From positions 32,366,001 to 32,430,000 of the forward strand of contig NC_087437.1 in assembly GCF_036321535.1 (NCBI RefSeq): a stretch of 64,000 nucleotides of DNA, written 5' to 3'. This stretch comes from Camelus dromedarius. Lineage: Eukaryota. The position numbers and the translations under genes are program-made. Below, one piece after another: positions 24,851 through 37,790 of this stretch (position 1 is the stretch's first letter; each line of letters begins with the position of its first letter). The notes beneath the pieces are model-generated. The model did no database searches. It was not told the origin of the DNA and saw only the letters and a list, made by a program, of their open reading frames with translations.

Positions 24851-25103
24851 AATCATGATTTTGGGGGGAAAGACTAAGACAGAACGAATTAGGTGGGAGA
24901 GATGGGCTTGAATTTAGCTAAAAATCTAGTTAGGAACTAGGCAGAGCTAGAGGGCTAGAACTCCCCCACAAATCTCTTCAAGATACAAGTTAACTTACAG
25001 TAGAAATGCAGGTGGAAGAGTCCAGGCTCAAATAGAATGTTGCTCTTTGGTTTGTGTAAAAGCAGCCAAGCAATACAAGTCCACCACTGGGTTCCCAATG
25101 ATG

Positions 25104-25137
25104 GCTCTGACTCACGGGAATCACCGTGAGTCAGAGC
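25104..25137. promoter_or_regulatory. Perfect 14-bp inverted repeat containing two AP-1 sites
   Basis: gctctgactcacgg-gaatca-ccgtgagtcagagc; TGACTCA at 25108-25114 and TGAGTCA at 25127-25133. Confidence 0.7.
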
Positions 25138-25644
25138 TCTGGCTGGAGCTGAGCTGGGGTGAAAGGTAGCTGTGCTGTGTTTCAAAGGGGGCAGGGGAGC
25201 GTCTGCTCTATCCTAGGTGGGGCTTCCATAGACAGGAAACCATTCCCTAGCCATCACCCCTGCGATACTTTACACATTATGCTAAATTAAACAAGGATGC
25301 TTTGTGGTCAAAATTCTCAGATTATTTTAAAAGAGCAAAGACCCCCAAGGTCACCCATTCTACCTGCTGTCTCTCATGAATGAAAAGCACAAAAAGAGAC
25401 AGAGGGTGGGAAGGGAGGGTAGAAAGAAGGAAGGGAGGGAGGGAGAGAGAGAGAGCATGCACCAGAAATAAAACTGCATTTGGTAATAAAAAGATAAGGA
25501 GAACCAAAAGATAAGAAGAGACCAAGCTCCAGATACTAATAAGAAAGAATGAAACCAGGAAATAGAGGAAAGGAAAGAAAGTCAGAGGGAATAGATATCC
25601 AAGTATAGAAAGAATCAGGCAAAGGAGAGCAGAGGAGAGCAGGG

Positions 25645-26507
25645 AAATATTGCTAATCACCACAGAAATACAAATCAAAACTACAATGAAGTATCACCTC
25701 ACACCAGTCATTCAAAAGTCTATAAACAATAAATGCTGGAGGGGGTGTGAAGAAAAGGGGAACCTTCTGACTCTGATTGTAGTTTGGTGCAGCCGTTATG
25801 GAAAACAGTATGGAGATTCCTCGAAAAACTAAAAATAGACTTACCATATGATCCAGCAATCCCACTCCTGGGCATATATACAGAGGGAACTTTAATTCGA
25901 AAAGATACATACACCTCAATGTTCATAGCAGCACTATTTACAATAGACAAGACATGGAAACAACCTAAATGTCCATCAACAGATGACAGGGTAAATAAGT
26001 TGTGGTATATTTATACAGTGGAATACTACTCAGCCATGAAAAAACTGAAATAATGCCATTTGCAGCAACATGGATGGACCTGGAGATCATCATACTAAGT
26101 GCAGTAAGCCAGAATGAGAAAGAAAAACACCATATGATACCACTTACATGTGGAATCTAAAAAAAAAAAAACAATGACACAAATAAACATATTTATAAAA
26201 CAGAAACAGACTCACAGACATAGTAAATACACTACGGTTACCAGGGGTAAACGGGGTGGGAAAGGATGTACGGGGAGTTCAGGATTTACAGGTACTAACT
26301 ACTATATATAAAATAGATAAACAACAAGTTTCTTCTGCATAGCACAGGGAACTATATTCAATATCTTGCAGTAACCTCTAATAAAAAATGAATATGAAAA
26401 AGAATATATGTATGTACATGTATGACTGAAACATTATGCTATGCACCAGAAGTTGACACAACATTGTAAGCCAACTATACTTCAATTTAAAAAAAAAAAA
26501 AAAAAAA
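25645..26507 (+). mobile_element. 5'-truncated L1 (ORF2 C-terminus, 3'UTR, poly(A)), camelid/artiodactyl type
   Basis: ORF 25784-26053 ([28 protein letters not shown]...KQPKCPS) is the L1 ORF2 C-terminus. 3'UTR ends ctatacttcaattt followed by A19. Possible TSD around ggagagcag. Confidence 0.95.
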
Positions 26508-29500
26508 GAAGGGAGAGCAGAGTATTCACTGGTATTGAGCCCTTGCATTTAACTCTGGAGTCTCCACAAGAAGCAGCAAAGGGAGACGAAAAGAGATGTG
26601 AACAGACAGGAACGTGGATTGTAAGACACACAAGAGATTCAGAGCCTCCACTCAATCCTTTGAGGGTTGCCTGGCCTTTGTCACCATCATCGGTCAGCCA
26701 GGCAGCAGCCTTGTCTCAAAGTTCCCAGCCGCCCCAGACTGACTCCTGGACCAATCTCTTTTTCCTCAGTCCCAGCATTTGGACTCAGTTTCCATCCACC
26801 TGAGCTTCAGAGGTGACACAGCACGGTCAACTCTGCCACCTCCACTGGATTGGAAAGAAATCCGCAAGAGCCAGGAAAGCTCTGGTCACCCAGGCTCAAC
26901 ACTAGACCAAAAAGAGGGTGGGGAGCTGCTGCTGCCACTGTATGTCTGCCCCCATCATCTCCACCCCTCTCCCCTACACTCCATAGGATCGAAGACCTGA
27001 GCTTGAGAAAAGGGATATGGAGCCCATTTCAAAGCTCTCAGAGGGACCCCGGCAGTCAGGTTTTTCTAGAACTTTTTGAAAATGAGCAGCAATTGTCTCA
27101 GAGAGAACTTCTCGCCTGTCATAAGCCCTTTGTCTTGACATCCTCAGGACTGCAGATACCCAGGTACTCCTTGGAGAACCACTTTCACCGTTTCCTGTGG
27201 TCTAGGCAAGCTGGTAAATTGCATTACCCAATATTCCTTCTCAAGCTCTGAAGAAAGTTCTGGATTCTCTCTCCAGAAAGGAAAAAAAAAAAAAGCCTGT
27301 AAAATTTTGCATGCATTCAAGGGAGGTCTGTGCTTTCCTCTTGCCCCCAACAACATCCACAGAACCTAAGGAAGCCACTGACTCCAGATTTAGACTCCCC
27401 GGTCTATAACCACTTTTCAGAAATCTGTTTACTTATTTCAGACTTGGAGGATAGTTTCGGTAAATGTTCAAGATGGCAGCAGGAATGAGGCATTCCTGAG
27501 CTAGGAGGAACCAAACATTATCAGCCTCTTTCATGTTTTAACCAATTTGTAACTCTGCTTCAACCAAAATCACAAACAGAAAGCAAAGTACCACTGAGAC
27601 TCAAAAAAGACAGCAACTTTCCTTTCCTTGACCCTCAGAAGAAGTGAAAAAAAATATTGCTTCAAAAATGATACAATTTGGGGTGTTTACCGGACTGGAT
27701 AAAGCTTTAAAGAAAAAAAAATGTGTGCGGATATAAACATAGTATATAAGCCAGATTCAGGCTATTTCGTAATTATATCTTGCCTCTGACTAAACGTATT
27801 CACTTTCTATTGGAAAACACTTAATACTTTATAACACTTCAGAACAAGAATTTGCTTTCAACATGAAGGTGTTACTGTCACTGCCTATTTTTTCCTTGCT
27901 TTGTGATTACAAGTGCTGATCACAGCTCAGATAGTTGTAAAAAATAAACCTGCTATCATAGCTTGCATGTAATTAGTTTTAAATGTGTGGCCTATTTACA
28001 ATAGCAAGCTGCACATTAGGCACCACAAACACTTAAAATGCCAGATACTGCCACACTTTTATGACAGTCATTAACTGAGTCACAGCAGCAAATATTTAAT
28101 GTGACAGTTACATTAACATACAGCTCTGCTGATAAAGAAGCATGCCGAGCAATTTGCATTGCATGATGCAACGCTGAGCTGTACACTCTGACAGTGATGG
28201 TCTTCTACTTGGTCCAAAAAGACTTGAGGAAACATGGAGTTCCTGAATCCTCTCCCATGTTGGCAAGCAAAGGAGTCACATTTTCAATCCAACACTAACT
28301 GAACATCACCCACTTCTGAAAAATACATCTTCCACCTAAAATATATCTTGAACACTTGACACATACCTCTGGGCCTCTGATAAATCTAAATTATAGGGTC
28401 TCTCCTTCAGAACAACTGTAATATGAACAACAGAAATCCCTTTTATTTCATGATTTATTTCAAAAGGAGGTGCCAGGACCAGAGTGATGGTTTGGTGGGA
28501 GTAAACACAACTATACATAAGATTTAAAATAGACTCCTTGTCCTCCTGGATATACCAAAGATCAGCTCATCACTTCTTTAGTCTTACTGCTTCTAATTCC
28601 AGAAATGGAGACTCGATATCCAAGTTCTCAAATATCCGATTTCTAAAGCTGTCCCTACAGTTGGATTCCAAATGTCTGGTTTTTATCTCTGGTATTCAAG
28701 TAAAACTATTATTTTCAGAAGAATTATATTACAAAGCCATAATAACTGAGAGTACCTGTGTTAAAACATATTTTCTATGACTCTGGAAATACCACCCTAA
28801 CCTAGACTACTCTTTTTGGTATTACTTCTTAATGGTTTCCAGCTATGGTGAACATTTTCTGATAGTAACTGCCAGTGACAGACATCAGTTTGGCACACCT
28901 GAGGTGTAGGAATCATAAATCAAGACTGGATGAACATTATCTCTTTCCAAATTATGGTGGAAATACGTATCTCTTTTCAATATGGTGGAAATGTACCATC
29001 TGCCCTGCATCTCAGCAACATTTCTCTTATATCAGTTTACAGCAGGAGTTGCGAATTCAGAGGCCTACCAAGATCAGGCAATAAGACTGATGAGTGAGAG
29101 GAGCCAGATGCAACATATTATAGGGTGGCGGGGACTGTGGAAAAGTAAAAAATGAAAGGACGGTCTAAAATGGGTAGTTCTACACAGCCGAAGCAGATGT
29201 TGCCATGTAGGAGAGCAAATTCAGAACTGTAGATCCTCTAACTGTTTGAGAGGTAGAATGTCCAGAGTTTCTTGGAAGCAGCCAAAATTTTAAATTTTGA
29301 CAATGAATTTGTTTATTTTTACTTGTGTCTGTGGGCACAGTTGGGTCCATTGCTCAAGAGTATGCAAATATAGTCTATGGTATTTAAGAAACTGATAATC
29401 CTCTGTCATTCATGGGAGCCTTGGAGGAGGACTTAAAGTCCCAAGCAGCTGAGTACCTTCTGAAGACCGACTTTGGTTCCCACCTTAACCCCTGCTAATA

Positions 29501-29609
29501 GTTCCTAGTTCTGGTCCTAGAAATCATTCTGAGTCTGAAATTATGGTCAAGAAGCTGGAATTTAGGTTCATGGATCAGAGATCTTTGACCATGTTTTATA
29601 GATTATATA

Positions 29610-29945
29610 ACAATAAAGACAAGAGCTAACATTTATTGAACTCCATTATAAATGCCTTAAATGTATTGACCAAAAGCTAATAACAACAGTCACTTTTACA
29701 GGTCTTACTTGATGCCAGGCCCTGGTTTCCATGCTTTATATATGTAACTCATTTAATCCACAGGACAACCCCATGTGGCAGGTACCATTGTTATATGCCC
29801 TCTCCAACTTTGTAATAAGGAAATAGAGGCATTAAGAAGTTAAGAGACTTGCCCAGGATGATGCTGTTAAAAAGGGTGACGCCTGGGTTCAAATCCAGTC
29901 AATCTGGTTCCAGAGGCCATGTTCTCACCACTGTGCATTCTGCCA
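29610..29945 (-). mobile_element. MIR elements (one short, one near full-length)
   Basis: gctaacatttattgaact; atgccaggccctgg...ctcatttaatcc...gacttgcccagg...gggttcaaatccag. Confidence 0.8.
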
Positions 29946-30119
29946 CTTACCACGGGGGACTCAATGATCAAGAGCAAGCAAACAAAACATTCACAGCTGA
30001 GATCCATGGTACTCCATTCAGTTCCAAATTCTCTGATATGTACAGAAACATGCAAACAGAAACAAGCACTAGGAAACAAAAGAAGTAATTCATTGTCACT
30101 TGATGCCACGATGAGGAAG

Positions 30120-30215
30120 GGAACTGACATTTATTGAGGGGCTCTCCATGTGCAAGTGATTCACCCACATTAATATCTCATTTAATCTTCACCAAAACAT
30201 CCTGCAGTATATTCT
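30120..30215 (-). mobile_element. MIR remnant
   Basis: acatttattgagg...atctcatttaatcttcac. Confidence 0.6.
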
Positions 30216-32199
30216 CCTCCCCTTCTGCATCTCTGGTTTTGGTGTGTCTGGTCAAGGGAGTCCATTAAGGAAAACCACAGAGAAGACTCCAGAAATTATT
30301 TTGCCTGGAAACACATCACTCTATTTATAACAAGCAGTCTTTTCTGATCATGTCAGGATTTGGCTTTGAATCTGTTAATCCCCACTGGGGAAGGACCAGG
30401 GTGGAACAAGAAGAGTCTATCAGAATTACCAGGGGAGTGTTTCCAATACACACTTGACCCCACTTCCTCTGGAAGATAGGTCAGTACAGAAGGAAAAGCA
30501 ACTCAAACCCCTCTCTCCCCGGAGAAAGGATAAATTCCAAAGAAAGGTGCTGTATGCTTTTGTCCAGGTGATGTTTTTGAAAGTTCAGATGCACAAATGT
30601 TTTCACTTCGTCTACCCTAAGGGTGTGCTCCAGTCCGACAATTTAGACTGCTGGGACATCTCATCTCATGCTTCCCCGTTCCATCATGACATCCTAGTTT
30701 TCCTAATCTAGCCACATCCCTATACACTTAAAATACTCATCCTCCCATGGTGTTTACACATTTTAAATATTTGTAGCCCATTAAAAAGATATTGAGCACA
30801 GAGAAATAGAGGTCCACATTTGGAAAACATAAATCTGAGGCACTGGGGATTGCAGGCTCTCTTTTCAAATTTTTTTTTAAAGATGAGAAAGGTTTTCTTT
30901 GATATTAAACAGAACTCGAAACCCAGCAAGCTGTGCATTCTTTGTAGGACAGCCCTCCCAAAGAGGTTTACCAGCCCTCAGGGAACTTTTAGGAGTGAAT
31001 GCTATGTCTTCTTATCTCCCCCACTTTGTCTTATATAAGATGGCACTGACTCTGTTCATTCCATCTCTCTGTTGCCTGAAGGTGCCAGAGACTTCTTCCT
31101 CCAGGCCTGGAGGGAGCGTGTGCCTTTCCTATACCTCTTCTGTGGTTTCTAACCTTTGCCTCCCAAAGGACCAAATGCAGACACACTTCAAAGTGTAAGC
31201 AAACTTTGACAGCACACAGAATATCCATGTGATCTATGGGAAAAAAATGTCTTACTATCCCCTGAAGCCCATCCAGGCCCAGGCACTCCATTTGGGAACC
31301 TGGAAGGTGGGCATAAGTAGTTGAGAAACAATTTATCTTCAGAGCTCCAGCAATTCACTTTTCCATCCCCCAATGTAGCCCCTTGTCCTACCCTCCTCAC
31401 CCTCATGCTCCCCCTTATTCCTTCACCAGTAATATTTTTCCCAGAAGAGGAGCTGACCCATCCATACAAAGGCTGGCATCACTTGCTATACCCGCTTCTT
31501 GAGGTAGCTACCTTCACAGAAGGCAGACCTTTTTTGAAGGAAAGACCTAGTCGCAATATTGGGGGAGGTGTTATTGAACTAGGGAGGTTTTGTAGAGAAT
31601 TATAAGATGGATGTCCTTGTTGGGAACTCATGAAATCAGCCTCAGACAAAATTAGGTCTTTCCTTCTTTCCTACATAAAAATCACTTCCGCACTGAAAAG
31701 GAGAGTAAAAACTCTCATTCCCCTCCTCTTCCAAATCCTTACTCCTCAACATGCCCATCTCTGCTCCTGCTCCTGGGCTGCTGAGCATTTGGTAAGAGGA
31801 AGACATGTATAACACAACTGTAAAGTGTGGCAGCAGGAAGGTTTTAACCTCACCAGGCTGCCCCTCTCTCCCCACCATTCTGCACGTGGGCTATTTTGAA
31901 GCTTACCTCACTTATTTTCCGTTGATGAACTCCCCTCCTTCTCCACAGAGAAACAGAGAAGACATCAAGCTAAGATGCCTGCATGTCCTTCTACCTGTGC
32001 CCAAGTATCACCATTCCCTACCACTGCCATCATCTCCACCATCACCACCACAGCCACCATTTTGTTCACAGATACACCAGAAATGGTGTGATACTCTCCC
32101 TGCCAACACATCCCCCTCATCCCACAGGCCAAAACCCACCCCTTCTCCTACTTGCTCTGATACACAGTTCCAACAAGTATCTACTCTTTATCCTAAATT

Positions 32200-32465
32200 T
32201 TTAAAATGTGCTCAGCTCTGGCTCCTTCTTTCCAACTATACAACCTTTATTCCACAGGTGCTTTGAAAAATGAACAAAATTGTATCTACTGTCTTAGGGT
32301 AAACCCCAACCCTCTGTTGCTTTTGCCATTACAAGCCTCCTAATTCATCTCTCTGCTTTCAGCCTTACCCCTTAATAATCCAGACTCTCTATGGTCAACA
32401 CAGAGATTTCACACAGACAGCAAGTCTGGTCCTGCCCAAACTCTGAGGAAAATCTTTCAGTGCCA
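32200..32465 (+). mobile_element. L2 remnant
   Basis: agcctcctaattcatctctctgctttcag...caacacagagatttc. Confidence 0.5.
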
Positions 32466-32467
32466 CC

Positions 32468-32652
32468 TGTATGAGTTTACAGTTGCTGCTTTAACAAATT
32501 ACCACAAATTAGGTGGCATAAAAATGACACAAATTTATTAGCTTACTGTTCTGTAGGTTAGAAGTCTGACACAGGTCTCACTAGGCTAAAACCAAGACGT
32601 CAGCAAGATTGTTTTCCTTTAGGGAGGCTCTAGGGGAAAAACCATTTCCTTA
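32468..32652 (-). mobile_element. MLT1 (C/D-like) LTR 3' fragment
   Basis: tgtatgagttt...gctgctttaacaaattaccacaaattaggtggc...ggaggctctagggg. Confidence 0.85.
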
Positions 32653-33100
32653 CAGTGGTTAAGGGCACAAACTCTAAGGTGGGATTTCCTGGGTTCAATG
32701 CTTAACTCTTGTTAGTTTTTTGATCTTTGCACAAGTTAACATATCTATTTCTCATCTATAAAATGGGAATGATAATGTGCTAAGTAATATACTTCATGAA
32801 TACAGGTATTCAACAGCCCTGTGGTATAAAAGCAAAATTTCTATGCCCCTCTACTTATTCACATATTTTTCATGCCTTCGTAAACGAATGAAAAACAACA
32901 ACACAGGCTTTGTGGGCAGACAGCCAGGATTCAAATTATTCATTTACCCTTTATGAACATGACTTCTTGCTTTACCCCCATCAGCTTTGGTTTCACCATG
33001 AGGCCAATAATATTAACACAAATCTCACAGAGTTGTTTTAAGAAGTATATGACCTAGGTGAATGACCTAGCAATAAATAAATGTTAGATATTATTATTGA
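32653..33100 (+). mobile_element. Two MIR remnants (32653-32800, 32900-33100)
   Basis: cagtggttaagggcacaaactct...tttctcatctataaaatggg; ctcacagagttgttttaaga. Confidence 0.7.
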
Positions 33101-35774
33101 GAAGAAACACAAGAGAACAAATGGTATTAAAGGACACAAGGTAAATATGTTCTCAACGTCTGCACAAGAATGACACACACCTGAAAATAAGGGTCAGTAT
33201 TTTCCTCCCTCTTCATTCCAGGAAGCTCACCTCCCTGGACCCAGAGAAGGTTAGCTGCAAAAGTGGCCCTCCTTGCCTTGCCAGTGAGCTCTGCTAATGA
33301 AAAGCCATTATATTCGTATCTTAAAAAGTCAAATTTTCTCTCTAAAACTACATCAAACTGTGATTATTAAGAACTCAGGATATAGAACAAGTTCTATCAA
33401 AGACTCTGGATTTCATTGTAAAGCACCAGAGGAAATGGGGTTATAAAAGTTACATGGCTGCATTTTTATGCTACTATTACTCTCTGGAATTAGTTTCCTA
33501 CTATGTAGAAAAATGGCAGTGTGAACATGAATGAATTCATCCCTTCCTGTTTATTGCTCTGGTGGAACCCAGCACTGGGCAGCCTGTTTGGACGGCTCCA
33601 TAAGTCGCATTTTGTGGTTTTAGCCTGTCAGGGAGGTCACTCACTGATGACTCAGATATGCTGGCCTGAAGGTATTTATGTGATCTCCCGAGTCGGCAGA
33701 AAGCCTGCCCTCAGAACAAGGCAAATATATCCCTGCTCTTGAGGGCTTCAAGCTCTGCAATGGGGGTCTGACCTGACAGCTGCTTGTCCTGGGGGAGAAA
33801 TAAAGGAAACTGGTGAAACACATGCTATTTCCGTGAATTCCCACTCATCTGCTGTTAGAAAATTCAGCGGAGACCCTGACAATAAAGGTTAGACTTGTAG
33901 TGTCACAACAGAAAGGAAAGGAACTTTAACTTGCCTTCAGCATACCAAACAGGCTGCACTTCATGCGATCTGTAACTCATGGAACCGTCTAAGGCACACC
34001 ACGGAAAAACTATCAATGGGCATTTGTCTGAATTCATATTTATGGCATCTGTTTGACATGCGGTTTTCATTTAGATGGCAATCCAGATACCGCTTTGCAT
34101 AAAGTTCTGGCTTTTTGAGCTGTCCATATCAATTGTCTTTTACCAAATATCGAGTTTTCAGATGTTTACAGATGCGCCAAAAGAATATTTTTAAATCGTT
34201 CAAAAGAATGGAATCCAAGAAAAAATCTGAAGCAAATGCTAATGAAAATTCTTATGTTTCTTGTAGAGAAATGCTCTAAAATGGAAAAAAAATCATTCTA
34301 TCCAAATTTACTGCAAAAGAATAATTTGTCTGTCTTTGGGAAATGAGTTATATCATTGCCCTTCTCTCCCTCTTCTTAATTTAGGCAAAAGGCCCATATC
34401 AAATGCATTAAATCAGAGTTTCATCATTTTTATAACTAGATGTAGTTTGAAAAAAGGCTGTAAAAAAATTCCTAATGCAATGACACAACAATCTCTGTGA
34501 GTCAACTGTTATTTCAGGGATTTATGATAATTCCTCATCTCGAGGAAAAATAAAGCTAATTGAAACAAACTCTGTGCTTTATATTAATGCCATTTGAATG
34601 CAGTGTGCACTGCCAGTTACAAAGTGACATGGAAAATAAGGCCGTTCTCAACAACACCATGGCTTCTCAGTTTTATGTATTTTTTAATTTCCTCTATGGA
34701 AAATCTGTTCTTCATAAAAGAACTGCTAGAGAAAAATGTGGAAAAAGTTGATTCATTCCATATTTACATTCTTTCTGGTACCTGGAAATGAACCAATTGC
34801 AAAAGTATGCCAAAAAAGAAGTTAGTTAAGTCATTTAGAAAACTCATCTTCCCCCTGGCAAAAGGACAAACCGCCTTGAGAAAGTCTTGCTTTGATAATG
34901 TAAAACACCTTCCCGCCTAATGAGTTCTGTCCTCCTAACCTTTTACCAAGCCTCAGCAAGGCCAACCTTAAGAAATGGCTGATTTTCTTTAACACACAAC
35001 CTACCCTGCAAACTGCCCACCGACCTGGGACAGTCACTACTCTCCAAATCCAAAAATTCCCCATCTGAGATCTGAACAGACTGGGGCACTTAACACACAA
35101 ATGCCTCCAACAGCAAAGAAACACCAAGTTTTACTACAAAGCCAACTTAAGTCCTCCCGACCTGATCTGCTAATGCTATTTGCCATTTCACTTTGAAGAG
35201 CTGGGCAAAATAAAAGCAAGGTGTTGCTCTCACGGAGTAGAGGGCAGCCTGATGCATACTTCACAAAGCTGCCAGATGCATTTCCCATTCAGCTTGTCAT
35301 TAACAGCTTCATTTCATTTCATCTAGGATAAAAAACAATTTAGAAGCATGGAAATGACATTACAGTTAGGTTGCCCTGAAACATCACAGCAGTTGAGAAA
35401 GCTATTACACAATTGCATCTTTCTTTTATGAAAGTCCATAGTTTTTCCTGGGTCACACAGCAATAGAAGTCATGGCTTTTGACTCCAACAGGTGACAACA
35501 TTTCTCCCAGAACAAAGCAACCCTTCATAACTTTCACATAGAGGCAAGATAAACCCTAACCTAAGGAAAAAGGGAGAAAATCTGGGCTTCAAGATGGTGA
35601 CCATGCAAATTTGAGTGACTGCTTTCTAGGAAGGTGGGGAGTGAGGATCAGGGACAGTAGCCTCATTTATCATTTAGTGGCAAACTCCTGCTTCTTGCTC
35701 TAGTTAATACAGTTTCCTCTTTCACGTTTTTCCTCGTTCAGTTCTCTTTTCTACCTCCACTCCAGTACCAATAT

Positions 35775-35940
35775 AGAGCAGAAAGAACACTGGACATAAA
35801 TTCATAAAGTCTAGGTTTCAGAATCTAACTTGTGTCATTGGGTAAATTTCTTTTCTCTGACTTCAGTATTCTTACCTACTCATTGGTAATCTTATAAATT
35901 AGATGGTCCCTGAAGTTCTCTCCAATTCCAAAGAATCCAT
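35775..35940 (+). mobile_element. MIR3-like remnant
   Basis: agaaagaacactggac...ttagatggtccctgaagttctctccaattc. Confidence 0.6.
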
Positions 35941-36039
35941 TGATGTTATTCCTTCATTCATACATTGATATATGTAAACTTACATCTGCATCTTATATGT
36001 GCCACACAAAGAACAGCATGGACTCATCCTTCAACAGCC

Positions 36040-36630
36040 AGCTCCAATTTTAGCCCGCTCATTTGAGACATCTTAGCCCAGATCCCTCATTCAAACTCCC
36101 AACCAGTAAATATCACCACCTACAAGACATTTCCATCACATGGCTCTCCCAGAGACTCCTTTAACTCAATGTACTGAAACTGAATTTACCATCTTCCCAC
36201 CCACGCCTGTTCCTCCTCCTATTTTTCCCTCTGTAAGTTTAAAAAGTTTAAGCTCTAAACTGTTCTTAGAAACAATGATTAGTACACATATGTAAACTAA
36301 AAAATATGTGCAGTATATTGTATATACGTAGTTACATGCAATATATTGTATATGTGCAGTCAAACTATAACAATTCTACCTAATAAAACTGAAAAATGAA
36401 AAAAAAAAGACTCACTGCAGACACCATTTCCTCTGAGAAGCCCCCACTGTCCCTATGTGTTCCCTTAGTAAAGATCCATGACCTTACTAATCATGCTGTA
36501 GAATAATTGCCTATTTACTCTTCATCTCCTGCACCAAACTCTAAGATCCCCGACAATGTGGAATATTTTTATTCTTTTTATGTATCATCAGCACATGGTG
36601 CTGACATATAGAGATTGTTCAAAAAAATAG
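36040..36630 (+). mobile_element. L2 remnants flanking a possible L1 3'-tail piece (~36240-36410)
   Basis: ctcaatgtactgaaactgaatttacc; ttcctctgagaagcc; ctctaagatcccc; the middle piece ends caattctacctaataaaactg plus an A-run. Confidence 0.5.
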
Positions 36631-37289
36631 GTTTTATAATCCAAGCAAATTTCATCTACCCTCTTTTTTTTTTCTTGTGCTTTATTCATATTCTGAGTTT
36701 TCAGGAAATTCCCTGGCTGACTATGATCTTCAAAAGGATGTAGATAATTGATATACTAATACAAATATTCGGAGGAAAGTGCTAGAAGTTAGTTATGAAA
36801 ATACCGCTTCTTTAAAGACAAGCAAAAAAGAACAATGATCATATTATAATAATCATTCACCTGGAAGTTTACAAGCTTTTTCTCATATGATATCTCATTA
36901 ATTTTTAATATTTTATACAAATAGTATAATAGAAGTCATTTTTTATAAAATTAACAAAATCTCATGACATTACAAATTCTTTTTGAGAAGAGGCTGGATA
37001 TGAATAATTAAATTTAAAAAGAACCCACTATGTTAACAAATATGCTATGTTTAATTTTTTCCATTTCCCCTTCTTATATTTATCCATTTCAAACATAATT
37101 TTACATAGTTAAAATCACAAAATAGATATAATTTTATATCCTGCTCTTCTCATGTTCTCATGTTGCTGCTTAGTTTTAATTATTATAATTTAAGCACTGA
37201 ATAATATTCTACCACAACATACGGGTGCCAGTGACAACTCATAGACCTACAGCTTTAGCCTTCTCTCTCATCCTTTCCGCCACCTCCTG

Positions 37290-37790
37290 AGCTGCTACAC
37301 CTGGATTCCTCATAGGAGCCTCCAACTCAAGATGCATCTGATTTAAATCTACTATCGCCCCATTAACTCCCCTTAAACCTGATCCTCCCCCTGGGTTCTC
37401 AGTTACAGGGAGTATGGGGCCACCTCCCACCAAGTTCCCTTAGCTTCTCTGTTTCCCATTCCTCAATCTGAACATCCAAGTCAACAATTCTCAACAACGT
37501 TATCTTTTAAAATCTTTCCCTTTTCCATCCTCTCTACTGTTATCTTTGTTCTTCAATTCTCTCTTGAGCATGGACACAAACTTTCAGTATTGACACAGCT
37601 TCCTAACTGTTCTCCACACCTTGTCCATTTTCTACCAAACCATCATGGTCATCTTTCTAAAATGGATATTGATCTTCTCACTACACTCTTTAAAATCATC
37701 CAGTTGCTCACCATGCCTATGGATAGACTTTAAATACCTTAAACTAACAAGCAAGGATCTCAGTAATCTGGCCCTTTCTCACCACTTGTT
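37290..37790 (+). mobile_element. L2 fragment
   Basis: cagcttcctaactgttctcc; gtcatctttctaaaatg; cactctttaaaatcatccagttgctc. Confidence 0.75.

Noticed and set aside
25322..25678. 118-aa hydrophobic 'membrane protein' ORF
   Set aside because: Translation of the complement of a purine-rich low-complexity tract plus the L1 edge.
31805..32266. 153-aa Pro/Ser-rich ORF
   Set aside because: C-rich low-complexity DNA running into an L2 remnant; no recognisable domain or convincing exon boundaries.
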